Below, piece after piece: positions 39,581 to 51,500 of a stretch of DNA of 64,000 nt (position 1 is the first letter of the stretch; each line of letters opens with the position of its first letter). Origin of the DNA: Sphagnum compactum (lineage: Eukaryota); assembly GCA_965153455.1 (NCBI GenBank), contig OZ234493.1, positions 26,836,213 through 26,900,212 of the forward strand, in the 5' to 3' direction. The notes beneath the pieces were generated by a model, which did no database searches, had not been told where the DNA came from, and saw only the letters and a list, made by a program, of their open reading frames with translations. The position numbers were made by a program, and so were the translations under genes.

Positions 39581-40451
39581 ACTCCTCACCATAATTTCGC
39601 GCCGCCTCACTCACGCATGATCAGCCTTCATGCTCATTCAGTAGCAGCCGGCATGCATTCCTTCCTGTACAACATCTCACACACACCCAAAGAGAGATCT
39701 CCCCATGCACTCCCATGCAGTAGTAATGGAGAAACTTCCGCCAAAAAAAAGAAAATGACTAATAAAGCAAATTTAAATCCCAAGATCAGACAGTGTTCAC
39801 ACTGGCGTGGCGACCTAATTTCGTGTTACAACTCCTTTGACTATGTTTTCATCCACAAATTACTTATTCATTGGTCATATGAATGAAATTTCAATTTGAC
39901 TTATTTACAACTTGTCACAAATGAACTTGCATCATTTTAATAATTATATTGATAAAAAAGATTACATTTGACATTCAAAATATTTAATTAATGCCCTAAT
40001 CCAATTTATTGAAGGAAAATATGGGTTTGTTCAGATATATGTTGAATCACATGAAGAAAATGAAAATAATGATTTTGAATATCAATTGTGGTTGCACAAT
40101 ATTGTACACCAAGATTGATTTTATGCTTATCATAACCTAACGTGTAATTTATAAGGTGGAGAATGAGAAAATATATTCCAAAAATATTCATTTAAAATAT
40201 AAAATTTAGATTTTCTAAATGCACCATTTGTTTTCCAACATTTGATGAATCATGTATTTCAATTGTACTTGGATTAATTCATGGTTTGTTACATCAATGA
40301 AATCCTCAATGTTCAAGACTTTGAAAGGACATAAACATTACGTACCAAAGTTTTTGTTTAGAAAAGTTTAAAAAGTTGAACATTACATGAGACATAAGTA
40401 ACATGTGAATTTCATAAACGTGAAATAAAATTCCTCGAGTACCACATCACA

Positions 40452-40888
40452 CTAGTGTGGCCTATGCCATTGGCCCAAGTGTTACCATGTCCTCAACTGA
40501 TTTTTCCTTTCAAAACCTGGTTTTTTGGAATTTATTTGAATTTTCAGCAGCAGAAATCACTTATAAATCTATATCTATCACATTCTAAATCCAAATCTTA
40601 CCAAATAAATTCCATTAAATCCTGTTCATCAAGATCTTTCCAACAACATGAAAGGCACATTCCAATACCTCTGAAACTTTCAGCTACGATTTAATTTAAT
40701 TTTCAATGAAAAAATCATTCAATATTCAAGAACTTTTGCATTGCAAGTCCAAATGTCATGGAACCAAGCCAATGCACCCCTCCTCCTCAAGAGCTTTCCA
40801 ACAAAACCAAGAACGCAATATGAAGCATCCCGATTCAGTGGATCTCATAAGTATAAACAAAACAAAACAAACAAACAACCTTCATAGA
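40452..40888 (-). mobile_element. Non-autonomous Helitron, ~437 bp
   Basis: Minus strand: A|TCTATGAAGG 5' end; 3' end GGGCCAATGGCATAGGCC-ACA-CTAG|T (GC-rich hairpin then CTAG); inserted between A and T with no TSD. Confidence 0.75.
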
Positions 40889-43205
40889 TGGTGTTAAATG
40901 CTTTGTTAAGTTTGTTAACACTTATTGATTTTTTCATTTGATTTAGGTGTGAATGAAAAAAGAAAGGTGAACATGAATTGAATAGATGGAAAGCCTCCAA
41001 CACTAATGTGACCCTCAGGTGACAAAAGAGGTTGAAAACATAAGAAAACAAGTAGGAGAAAGGGGAACATGTGGAAGCCAAAGAATGCCATCCATCCTTG
41101 AACTATTCAATCTAGATTGTATCATGTGGGTAGCTCTTGAGAATAGAACCATGTCATTTTCATTGTGTTGTAGAACTACATATATTTGATAGTCATTGAT
41201 GTTGATACCTAGTTTCAATGGTGGATCTCGACCTTTAATTGTAAGGGCACTAGTTGATATCTTGACAAAGTTCAAACAAGGTGTGTGTGACACTATGGCC
41301 TTGCCATTTACATTAAAACATATCTTAGGGCAAAAGAAGAATTATGGAAACTCAAACATTTCAACATGCAAAAATATAATCTTCAAAAAATCTTCTAAAA
41401 AAAACCAAAATCCTTCAAGGTATTATAACTCCATAACTAATCTCAAGTTTCAACACAAGCCAAAAGATCATCTTTCAAAAATCCTCATATAAAAATAGAC
41501 CTATTACCTAGGGGCCAAAATCGTTTAAGCTACCATACTCTGTAATGAATCTAAGCATGATATTCTTGCCTATCAAGGCAAGGCCAACAAAATTTTGATA
41601 GTGCATAAAGGTGCAGCTTGGCTAGCATTTGAAGATACATTGTTAACCACCAAAGTCAATGTTCAAGGGAGGGAAGGCGAGGATGATCAGTGCACTATTT
41701 TCATTGGTTTCAATTGACGGTGGGGTTTGACTTGTACTACTTACATCTTCCAATTTCCTTACTCCTTTGTAGATCTCCAATCACTTGTGCGTAAAGCATG
41801 TATGGTGATTGGTCTACATACCATTGTAGGAAAAGAAAATATAAATGCCTCTAGTGTAAATAAAACTCCCAATCACATCTAATAATCTACCATACCTACT
41901 AGTAATGTTTGGCATGAAACTGTTTAACCAAAAAATAGAGAAATTTTTATTGATATTTGTCAAAATTCTTAAAAATCGAAAACCATTGAGTTCCTACTAC
42001 AAATGCACAACAAAAGATGAATTTTGCATACTTATTCCTCAATTGTTGAAATTATTATTATTAAAAAATACTGCCAAACCTTGGTTTTAAAAATAAATAA
42101 ACATTTGGCAAAGAAGTGCCCAACATCAGTTGTAGCTACTGTATTTATTGTTAGTAGTTGAATTAAGAACTTTTATTATTGACATTTGACAGCCTAGATT
42201 TGGCACTTAGCAGCCTTTACTTTACTTACATGCTTTGTTTTGTCATTCACACTTGCTGGTTGTTTGTTGTAATGGCTTTCTTGTCATGAAGTCTGTCAGG
42301 GAAGGGAAGGGAATGGAGGGTCTCCTACTGATACATCCAGGTTCTCGACAAAGGTAAAGACAAGTTTGAAAAAGGACTACAGAACAAGACAATTCAGTCT
42401 CAAAGCTTTGTACCTTCATTTGAAATCATTTTCATGAAAAAATATGTTCACATGAAAAAAATGTTCACTTGTCGTTATGAAGTGAAACCCCCAGTTTTTG
42501 GCATGAGAGGGGCCAATTGGTGGCATGAGAACGAGCCACTTTCCAATCAGTATTATTCGAATTCCAAGGCCTTATGCTATGCAGCAGAGGAGGCCACGTT
42601 GTACACTTTTTTACATGGTAGTAGTAGGTGTAAAAGATAACTTATTTACAGCTTTTGTTGTTGTTGTGTGGTGTTGTTTAGAACTTTTTCTAAAACCCAT
42701 TTTGCACACTTTTTACATAGGGGTAAGTAGGTGTAGAAGTTAACTTACATGTAGCTTTTGTTGTTGTTCTGTGGTGCTTTTTAGAACTTTTTTCTCTAAA
42801 CCAATTTTTTGGACAGTCGGCATTCCTTTTTCTCTTTTTATATATATAGTACATGGATTTGGCCATTTGGAGAGTGTTCTTTTTTGGTGTACTTATCTGC
42901 GGAATTTGGGCCAATTGCACCCTAGAATATGGGAAAAGTTTTGTGCTACCAACCGTTCAAGACTAAAGTGGGCTAAAAATCTGGGGGAAGGTTCATATCT
43001 CATAAGCACCACTGAATAAAAGCTTGGTCAATGCTCTACAGTGATGAGCAAAAGGGAATTTATGCTCTATAATATAGCAAAAGCAGGGCCAACAAATCTT
43101 GGATGATAGACTTGTTGCCTCCAATGAACGGAGTTGGACAAACCCAGATCTTTCCTTTTTGGTGGGCGAAGGGGAGGAGATTTTGAGTGGGAGAAACTTT
43201 AGGGG

Positions 43206-43380
43206 GGTGGGACAAACTTTTTGGATCATAAAGAGTTGGTGGGACAAACTTTTTGGATCATAAAGAGTTTATTGGCTTCATGTAAGATGGACACCTTTTT
43301 GTTTAAATTGTGAAGAGTTTATTGGCTTGATGCAAGACTGACCTTTTCTTTATGTTGTAAAGAGTTTATTGGCTGGATGC
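43206..43380. repeat. Perfect 32-bp duplication followed by three diverged ~48-bp units
   Basis: GGTGGGACAAACTTTTTGGATCATAAAGAGTT x2, then AAGAGTTTATTGGCT-like x3. Confidence 0.8.
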
Positions 43381-44818
43381 ATGTCGGATCCCAGCACCTG
43401 AATTGCATTTCTAATATGCAGCATTTGCATGAGTTTCCTTTCCAGATTTCAATGAGTTTGATTGTGTTGCAATTGTGCCTATTGGTTATTTTGTCCCCAA
43501 ATTTTCAATGATTTCACAAACGTGATGAGGAACAGCTGAAAAACATTGTTAAAAAGAGTTTTTCCAAAAAAAATTCAAAAAGATTTCACAATTTGTCACA
43601 AAGATATCATTGGTGGTGCCTCGAACTCTTTCAAAATTTATTAAAATCTACCAATTTTATTAAACAAAAAACACTACTATAAAGAGGAAGTTGAGATGGA
43701 GATAAGGAGCTAAGTCCAATCTCTCCAAATTGGACCCTCTATTAAAAAATTAGAGATTGGGATATTTGTCTTTTCTAGTGTAAATTCGACTGCTTTTGCT
43801 ATTTTGGGGGGGGGGGATTCACTAAATTTTAGATATTGCAAAATTGGAAACAAAAACAGAGAAACAAAAAACCCTGGTAATGAGAAACCCAATTGACTGG
43901 AAACCATTGTGCCACTCAACTTGTACTGTGGTCTGGCCTCTAGAATCAGCGTCTAGGAGTGTTGATGTTAACGTGTGAAGCCTCTTTTGAAAGAGACCAG
44001 AACAATGGAAGCATTGAAAAACAGAAAAAAATTGGTGACAAGATTTAGGGTTTGCTAACATCAAGCGATTGGTGATGAAAAGATGACAAGAACTTTTTCA
44101 TGTTCTGCATGGCAAGATAAACGACAAGGTTCAGGGTCCAAATTAAGAAAGGCTAGTTAAGAAAGGCTAGTTAATCTTTTGGGGAATAGTGGCACCACCG
44201 CCCAGAAATTCTCATATGCAGACTTGGGTGGCCTATGACTTGCAGGCTTAGTGGCACAGACTGTTGCCTGGTGCCATCTTTGCACGAAAAAATCCAGGGA
44301 ACCCTAAACCTGGGGCATTGGGGAAGGTTCACATGAATTTTGAAACTGAAGTAGATTTTTCCCCCATTTGACTCTGTTTGTGTGCCTATGCTTGTGGATA
44401 TTTAAACATTAGTTGAAATTAGTTTTTATCCAATAGCATAGTTTGCTTCTACTAGCTACTGCAATAGTGCATTTGTTAGTACCTACTCATGAGTTGCTTG
44501 TTCCTATTGAACATGATTTCTAGCCAATGACATTTGTTGCACTCTCTCATGAGAAGTGTTTTGTTCAGGAAATTTTTAGTGTAGCTCAAGTGGTGATCAT
44601 GAATAGGAAGGTGTAGAAAAAGTGGCCTTCATCCATAAGAAGATTTGGCCAAATTATCTATAGTAAAGGAACAATGAAGCTTCCCTTGAAGCCGGACGAA
44701 TGAAGCTTCCCCTTAATCCGTCCGGCCCCAAGATTTACTGTACAGAGGACGGGGTCTTTTTCTTTTCATTTTTTTTTTCGTTCTCTGTTTTCAGTGTTTC
44801 TTTTTGTTTATAATAATC

Positions 44819-45300
44819 TCTTTGCAGCAGCAACAAGAGACGCTGTCTTTGCTTCGGCAAGAAGTTTTCGAGATTTCTTTTCAGCAACAAGATAATTCTT
44901 TGCAGCACCCAGAGAATTCTTTGCAGCAGGTAGATGCATTCTTTGCAGCTGCAAAAGAATTTGTTTGCAGCAGCAAGAAATTTTGTTTGTAGCAACAAGA
45001 GACTTCCTTTGCAGCAGCAAGAGATTTCTGAGATTTTTTTGCAGCAGCAAGAGGCTTTGTTTGTAGCAGCAAGAGACTTTGTTTGCAGCAGCAAGAAATT
45101 TTGTTTGTAAGAGAATTCTTTGCAGCAACAAGAGGCTTTCTTTGCAACAGCAAGAGATTTCTAAGATTTCTTTGCAACAGCAAGAGACTTGCTTAGCTGC
45201 AACAAGAGAATTCTTTGCAGCACCCAGAGAATTCTTTGCAGCAACAAGAGACCTTCTTTGCAGCAGCAAGAGAACACTTTACAGTAGCAAGAGACTTTCT
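44819..45300. repeat. CAG-rich ~20-bp minisatellite (TTTGCAGCAGCAAGAGA...) inside the Helitron
   Basis: About 20 visible units; explains the overlapping LLLQ/CCCK/AAAK ORFs. Confidence 0.9.
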
Positions 45301-45421
45301 GAGATTTCTGGGATTTGTTTTTTTTCTTTTTCCGTAGTAGTTAGAGGATGATTTTTTCCTTCCTTATGGTTTTCTTTTTATGATTTCTGTGTATCTGTGT
45401 GTCTTCTTCTTTTGGTTGCAG

Positions 45422-45544
45422 CATTTTGCAGCTTTAGGCTTCCCATGTCCAAAGCTCAAGAATCCTGCAGACCATTTTCTTCGAGCAGTGAACTTAGACT
45501 TCGATCGAATCAAGATGGGTGTACAAGGGTCCTTCAAGATCAGA
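45422..45544 (+). pseudogene. ABCG: Isolated exon of an ABCG (WBC/ABCG11-like) half-size transporter
   Basis: ttgcag|HFAALGFPCPKLKNPADHFLRAVNLDFDRIKMGVQGSFKIR|gtaaga; 123 nt, phase 0-0, no stops. The GFPCP..NPADHFL motif follows the NBD in plant ABCG proteins. No other ABCG exons seen in the window. Confidence 0.9.
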
Positions 45545-47598
45545 GTAAGAAGAAATGATTTTAAATTTCACACTCGCATCATCGAAGCAGATTGTTTGAA
45601 GATTGTTTTCCTTCTTACTCTACCGACCTCTAAAATACAGCAAAATCAGTTTAAAATCCGTCTGTCCATCTGTCCGGTCGCAATTATGATGGGTAAATTA
45701 TAGAAATTCTATGTTCAGCTGCTCTTCATCTGCAGCTTGGAACCCTTTGTGGATTTAATCATTGCAACCCATGTTTCTAAATTGAAATCAACATATGATC
45801 AGCAGTTGCATGCTAGCTAGCTGCATAGAACAACACATCACCAGCTTCTCACAACGTGGCGCTGACTGGCGCTGGAGGAGCTCCCAGCTACCCGCAGATT
45901 AGACTTCGCTTAACTTGCTCAATCATTCCTGACTGCATGATGGGCCATTGCGCCACAGCCAGTTTATCCTCCACTAAAATGGTCACTGGCAAGAGAGAGA
46001 GAGAGTCAACGAGTCAGTGCTCATGCCCTGTCTGAGTTTTTGCATGGACTCTTCTTTTGGGGTTGACAGGTTCTTTTTGGTTTTTTTGTTTGCGATTTCT
46101 TGGTGTGTGGATGTGGTGTATGAAGGTGCCATGGCCGATACGTTGAGGCGGGTGAAGGTGTTGTCCTTAACAACTTGCTGTCTTTCAGTAGCAGGTGCAG
46201 AAGCGTCTACCATCCTGGATCGGTGATCAGGTTTTTCTTCGTAGGGTTAGGTTTGGAAGACTTCTACTCTTTGATGTTATGCAGTGGTGTATGCACCCAG
46301 GCAGGGCTTTCTGATGACTTTCTGATCCACCACCAAATCTTCTCGCTGAGAGTTTCACTGCATTTGCACTTTCATTTGATTTTGATTTCCACATTGGCAT
46401 CTACCTATCACATCTAAGCTTTGCAATTCACACAGACATCCTGGAAATCAACAATAAGCTTCAACATTCCACCTTGACTGCCAACAAGTTGTCCCCTCAG
46501 CAAGGTACACAATCTCACCATGCAAGAGCATGGACCTTCCAAAGAGTGAAGTCTGCAGAAAGCTTATGGGTATCCACATGTTCACCTGCCTGATTTTCAT
46601 CCAACTTTTGGCCTGAGAGGCAACCATATCCAGGAAAGTTGTCCACAACATAGTACACATCTCCATTCTTCCATCACCATTCTTAATTATCTGCCATCAA
46701 CAAGAAGATGCAATGATTGTCTCGGCAGATTTGACCTCACCAGCAAAGAACTGGAAAACTATTGCAACCAGCTGGGGGTTGAAGCTTCACACTTGCAAAA
46801 TCGTTACCGTCAAATACACACACACCTGTGCATTACGAATGAAGCTTCCCCCTTAATCCGTCTGTCCCGTCATCCGTCCCGTCATCCACCCGGATGAACA
46901 TTTCATCCATCCCGTCCGTTCTGTCTTTCGTCACTACATCCAATATACTCATCCATATCTTCATCCACTCTTAGGGCTCTCTTGCTTTGTTTTTCGTCGG
47001 GCCTGTAGTGAATAGGTATATATAACGAAGAATATGTGTGTGCGTGCGGGCAAGGATGCACACATTGTTGATGATGAGAGAGAGAGAAAGAGAGTTGGGT
47101 CCACCTCTGTGGTGGAACTTTTTTTCAAGAGCTAAATTTAGGCTATTTCATCTGTCTATTTAAGCCGGACGAACATTTCATCCATCTCGTCATCCGGCTT
47201 AAATGGGGTGAAAGGAGGACAACATTTGACAAAGCATGCATGGAAAGGGTGACTATCTACTGTCCAAGTGGAAATTGAACAGTGGACAGTCCACTCTCCA
47301 CACCAAACACAACTTGCCCAAAAAATCCTCTAAATATATATTTAAAAATGGGAAAAAACCAGAAAAAAAATAAAAACAGAAAAACACTTTAACAATTAAC
47401 AACTTTTTCTTTCTCCAAACTTCAATTTGCATCCAAATAAACAAAAATACAAAAGTGAAAAAAAAACACTTTATTTTTATTATACAAGATAATAATAATA
47501 AAAAACACGTAAAAATAAAAAAGATAAAAGTTTTGAAAAAAAACTAAAACATGAACCAAACATTGTTGAAATAACACACCTGTGCATTAGGCAGGGGG

Positions 47599-47918
47599 TT
47601 CCAGTGCGTAACCAACCTGTCCACAATGTTCAATGGGAAGAGGGAACCAAACCCATTCCAGTACGTAACCAACCTATCCAGATTGTTTGATGGGGCAAGG
47701 AACCAAACTCACTCAAGTGCGTAATCAACTTATTCAGAATGTTCAACGGGGGACGGAACCAAACCCATTCCAGTAATGTAACCAACTTATCCAGAATATT
47801 CAATGGGGGGAGGGAACCAAACCCATTCCATTAATGTAACCAACTTATCCAAAATGTTGAATGGGGGAGGGAATTAAACCCATTCCAATGTGTAACCAAC
47901 CTATCTAGAATGTTCAAT
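47599..47918. repeat. ~57-bp tandem repeat, about 5.5 copies, inside the Helitron
   Basis: Unit TTCCAGT..GTAACCAACYTATCCAGAATGTTCAATGGGGG.GGGAACCAAACCCA. Confidence 0.9.
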
Positions 47919-48472
47919 CTGGACATTCTTAGGTTTCAGAACAATGATCAGGGCAAAATAATGGATCATTACACGATGTAATCTGTCGATTCAGACCACT
48001 CCAGTTTGTTCTTAATCTGCCCCCCAGAGACATTATACTCCAGTAAAATCTGCAAAATAATTGTGGAAATAGATCTCTGGGCATTTTCATCATGGAATTG
48101 TGCCTGTTCTACCCCCAAGAAAACATCAGTTTTATTTAATGTTGATTTATTTACACACCTATGCATTATGCACGAATGAAGCTTCCCCTAAATCCGTCCG
48201 GACCGGACGGACATTTCCTCCATCCGTCCGACCCGTCCATCCATCCGTCCCATCATACAGGGAAGATGGCATCATACAGGGAAGAAAACCCTGGCAGAAA
48301 TAAATACCCCCCCCCCCCCCCCCCCCGCCCCCTCATGCCCAACCTCAGGAGGGGCACCCCCAAGATTTACTGTACAGAGGACGTGGTCCTTTTCTTTTCA
48401 TTTTTTTTTTCGTTCTCTATTTTTGGTGTTTTTTTGTTTATAATAATAATAATAAAATAGAAAAATGAAAAA

Positions 48473-48515
<43 letters not shown>

Positions 48516-51500
48516 TGTCAAATACACACACCTGTGCATTATGCACGGGGTCAAACTAGTCTTCTATAAACCAGATCTGAAGCATGCATTTTTCATTGTC
48601 CTTCAATATTTCTGGCTAGTTACTGGAAGCAAATATAGCAGTTTGCCAAATTTTAATTTATTTTCCTGACTTCTGGCAATTGAAACGAACTCACCTAATC
48701 TTTGAAATTTTCATTTAAAATTTAGCCATTTGCCAACATTTTGGCAGTAAAACAAGGCTGTTCATGAGTTTCTTAAGATAAGGGAGAATAGAGTTGAATC
48801 TTTGATGAAATGTCAAGATGGTGAGATTGTGTTTGTTGTTGTGAAATTCTTGGCTGATCTGATGATGCTTCAATCTCATGCAAATAGCACCATGCCATTA
48901 TTTAATAACTGTGGCAAATAGAAGGGGGAAAAAAAAGGTTTCACATACTTAACCACATACATTGTTGATGGTATTCTAGCCCCTTTTATAGATTCCTGGG
49001 GCTACAACTTCGCCCAAACTGGGGATGAAATGAGGTCAGGAGGAAAACAGTACACTAGAAAATAACTAGGGGACCAAATTAGTTTTGTCACACAGGTTAG
49101 CCCTCATAGGAATTTCACCCCCAGTTTTAGAATTGCTTATCTGAACCTTAGCTGCTGCTCATGTTCTTCAGCAAATCCAAGCCTTGTTTAAATAGCATCC
49201 TGCAAATCTTCTGAACTGATACCCAGTTTCATCATACAATATCCAAATTTCGCTCACTTTCAGACTACCCTCAAATTAGGGATGAAACCAGGATTAGAGG
49301 GTCAAAGTATGGCCCAAAGACAGGGCGACTTTATGGATCAACAAATTTTGATGTTGCATCTGTTTCCATTTGTATCATGTGATAGGTGTTCAAACCAGTT
49401 CATGTGATTTGTTGCTGCCTTGCAACAAGTTTTAAGTATACATACACATTATTATGTGCAATGTATTTGAGGTATTGAATTAAGTTCATAGTGTGCTACT
49501 ATGCCAACACCACAAATAGGATAACACACATTTAACATGCAATATCTACAATAAAATGGGTGTTGTTGTGCCTAAAACACTTATAAAAGTATTGTGACAT
49601 TTCAAGGGCTTTGATAATATGGTCACTTGGTACAATATGAATGCAAATTAGTCAAAGTTTGAAAGTCATGGAGGGATGTGATGATGTGTACAAATATTAC
49701 TGCCATACATACAGCATGTGCATCTTTTGTGTTCAAGTGTGATTTTACCACAGTTTCCTATTCTTCCAAATGTGAGTGTTGTTTAAACCTATGGAATCAT
49801 TCTATTTATGTGTGAAAGAAACTATGTATACACAAAAGAATTGAAGTTTTTGGGAAAATTCAGTTATTATGGTAATAAACTGTAAAAGTTGGCGTGAAAC
49901 AATGTTTTCTTTGACCAATTATATTTTGGAAGGTGACTGGCAAAAATTACACAAGCCCAATTTCATGAGAATTATCTAAAATTGTTGAATGATAATTGGC
50001 TTTTGTAGGTTGATGATTGATTGGATAATAACATGTGTTAAAATTTAGTGAAATTTTCAATATAATCTGAACGTTTTTCTAAGGTTATTATCTTGCTTAA
50101 GTACATGGTAAACAATGCTTTCTAAAATCATCCTTCAAGCTCATATTTAAAGGAGGGTCATCTTCAATAGCATTTCTTTCACATTCTCAAATGGTATTTA
50201 CATTCCCATGGTCGTGGGTGAATTTCAAATTCCAATATTTGGCTACGTATCTGTATTCCAACTGTGGACCAATGATTTTCATGAAAGAACTTTCACTTGG
50301 TGAGAACTGGTGGTTCTTTGCCCAATTCTTTGACCTTTCCATATTTCTGAGAACCATGGTTATAAACCAAAGGTGATTTATTTTTTTGAATATTTTGAGA
50401 CTGGGCGACTAAGGGGGTATAATACACAGGTTGGTATCTGGCAGGTATCTGTCCCTAATTGTAAGAACTTCAAAACACTGGTTCAAACTATATATATTTA
50501 CCTCCACTTTGAAATCCTATTGAAATTTGGAAAAGGAAATTAGTTATTAGATTTAAAGGTACATTTACGATAATCAATTGTAATAAACCAAAAGTGTCTA
50601 ATCGATCACCCAAGTGGGGTCATATTCATGACCAACTTGCAATTGGTTGTCAAGTAAAGTTCATACTTGGCCATGCTAGATGTACATAACCTATTAGAGC
50701 CAACCCCACCATAATATTATCAAAAGCTCAGCAAAAACCATGCTGCTAACTTGGTACCTTGAGGAAAGGATGGAGGGCCACCACTTTGCATAGCCTACGA
50801 TGGTTAAAAAATGACCACCCTTGTAGAGATAATAAGGTGAATTGTGGGATGTTTTTATAAGATGAATTCTTAATAAATTGTTTAGCTTCAACTTAAGTTT
50901 TTCCTTTTAATTATGATAGATGAACAAAATTGGTGAAGTGAATAATTGTTTGAAAAGAAAATTTGACAAATTAACTTGGTGGAATGTCAGGTAATATCAT
51001 AGTATAAACACTTGGTTAAATAATACAATTTGTTCTAATATGCCAAATTCAATGGTGAAACATAAAGCAATAGACATTATTTAGCGTCATGTCTGTATTT
51101 GTCAAACAATCAAAATGAAGTGATAATGTAAGGTTAAAAATTTGAAGTTTGATATTTAAACATTTGTCCACCAACTTCTTTTACTTGGATAAGTGGTAAC
51201 CCTTAAAGTTTTTTGAAACCTTAAAATAAAAGTTTGATAATTGGGGTTACTTTAAACTTGCTAAATTTCACATTACTTACCTATGTGGAGTTCTTTTCAT
51301 TCTCCTCTCATTGAGAAACATTTGGTGTTATGTGTTGCTAATTCAAACACAACCCAATTAACCATGATTGAAATGTGGAACTTTGGGCGGTGGTTTGAAG
51401 GCTAGTTTATGATAGGATCAGAAACCTACTTCAGACAATTGAAATTTGAACAATTTGAGTCCTTCAAAGGACCTTTAATAGAACTTGGACATTCCTTTCA

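Larger units (their letters stand above)
44657..48559 (+). mobile_element. Compound non-autonomous Helitron (3.9 kb) with captured gene fragment(s)
   Basis: 5' A|TCTATAG; 3' hairpin CCTGTGCA-TTA-TGCACGGG (48531-48549) then CTAG|T (48556-48559). The flanks rejoin as AAGAAGATTTGGCCAAATTA|TCTTCTATAAACCAG, resembling the repeat at ~7243 (AAGAAGATTTTGCCACATTTGGTTATAGACAAG). Confidence 0.85.

Noticed and set aside
44735-45351. Five overlapping ORFs rich in LLLQ, CCCK, AAAK and QQQ
   Set aside because: By-products of the CAG-rich minisatellite being nearly stop-free in several frames.
46590-46680. Phytocyanin-like peptide [18 protein letters not shown]
   Set aside because: Short match lacking the Cys/His ligand pattern and any upstream domain; too weak to name.
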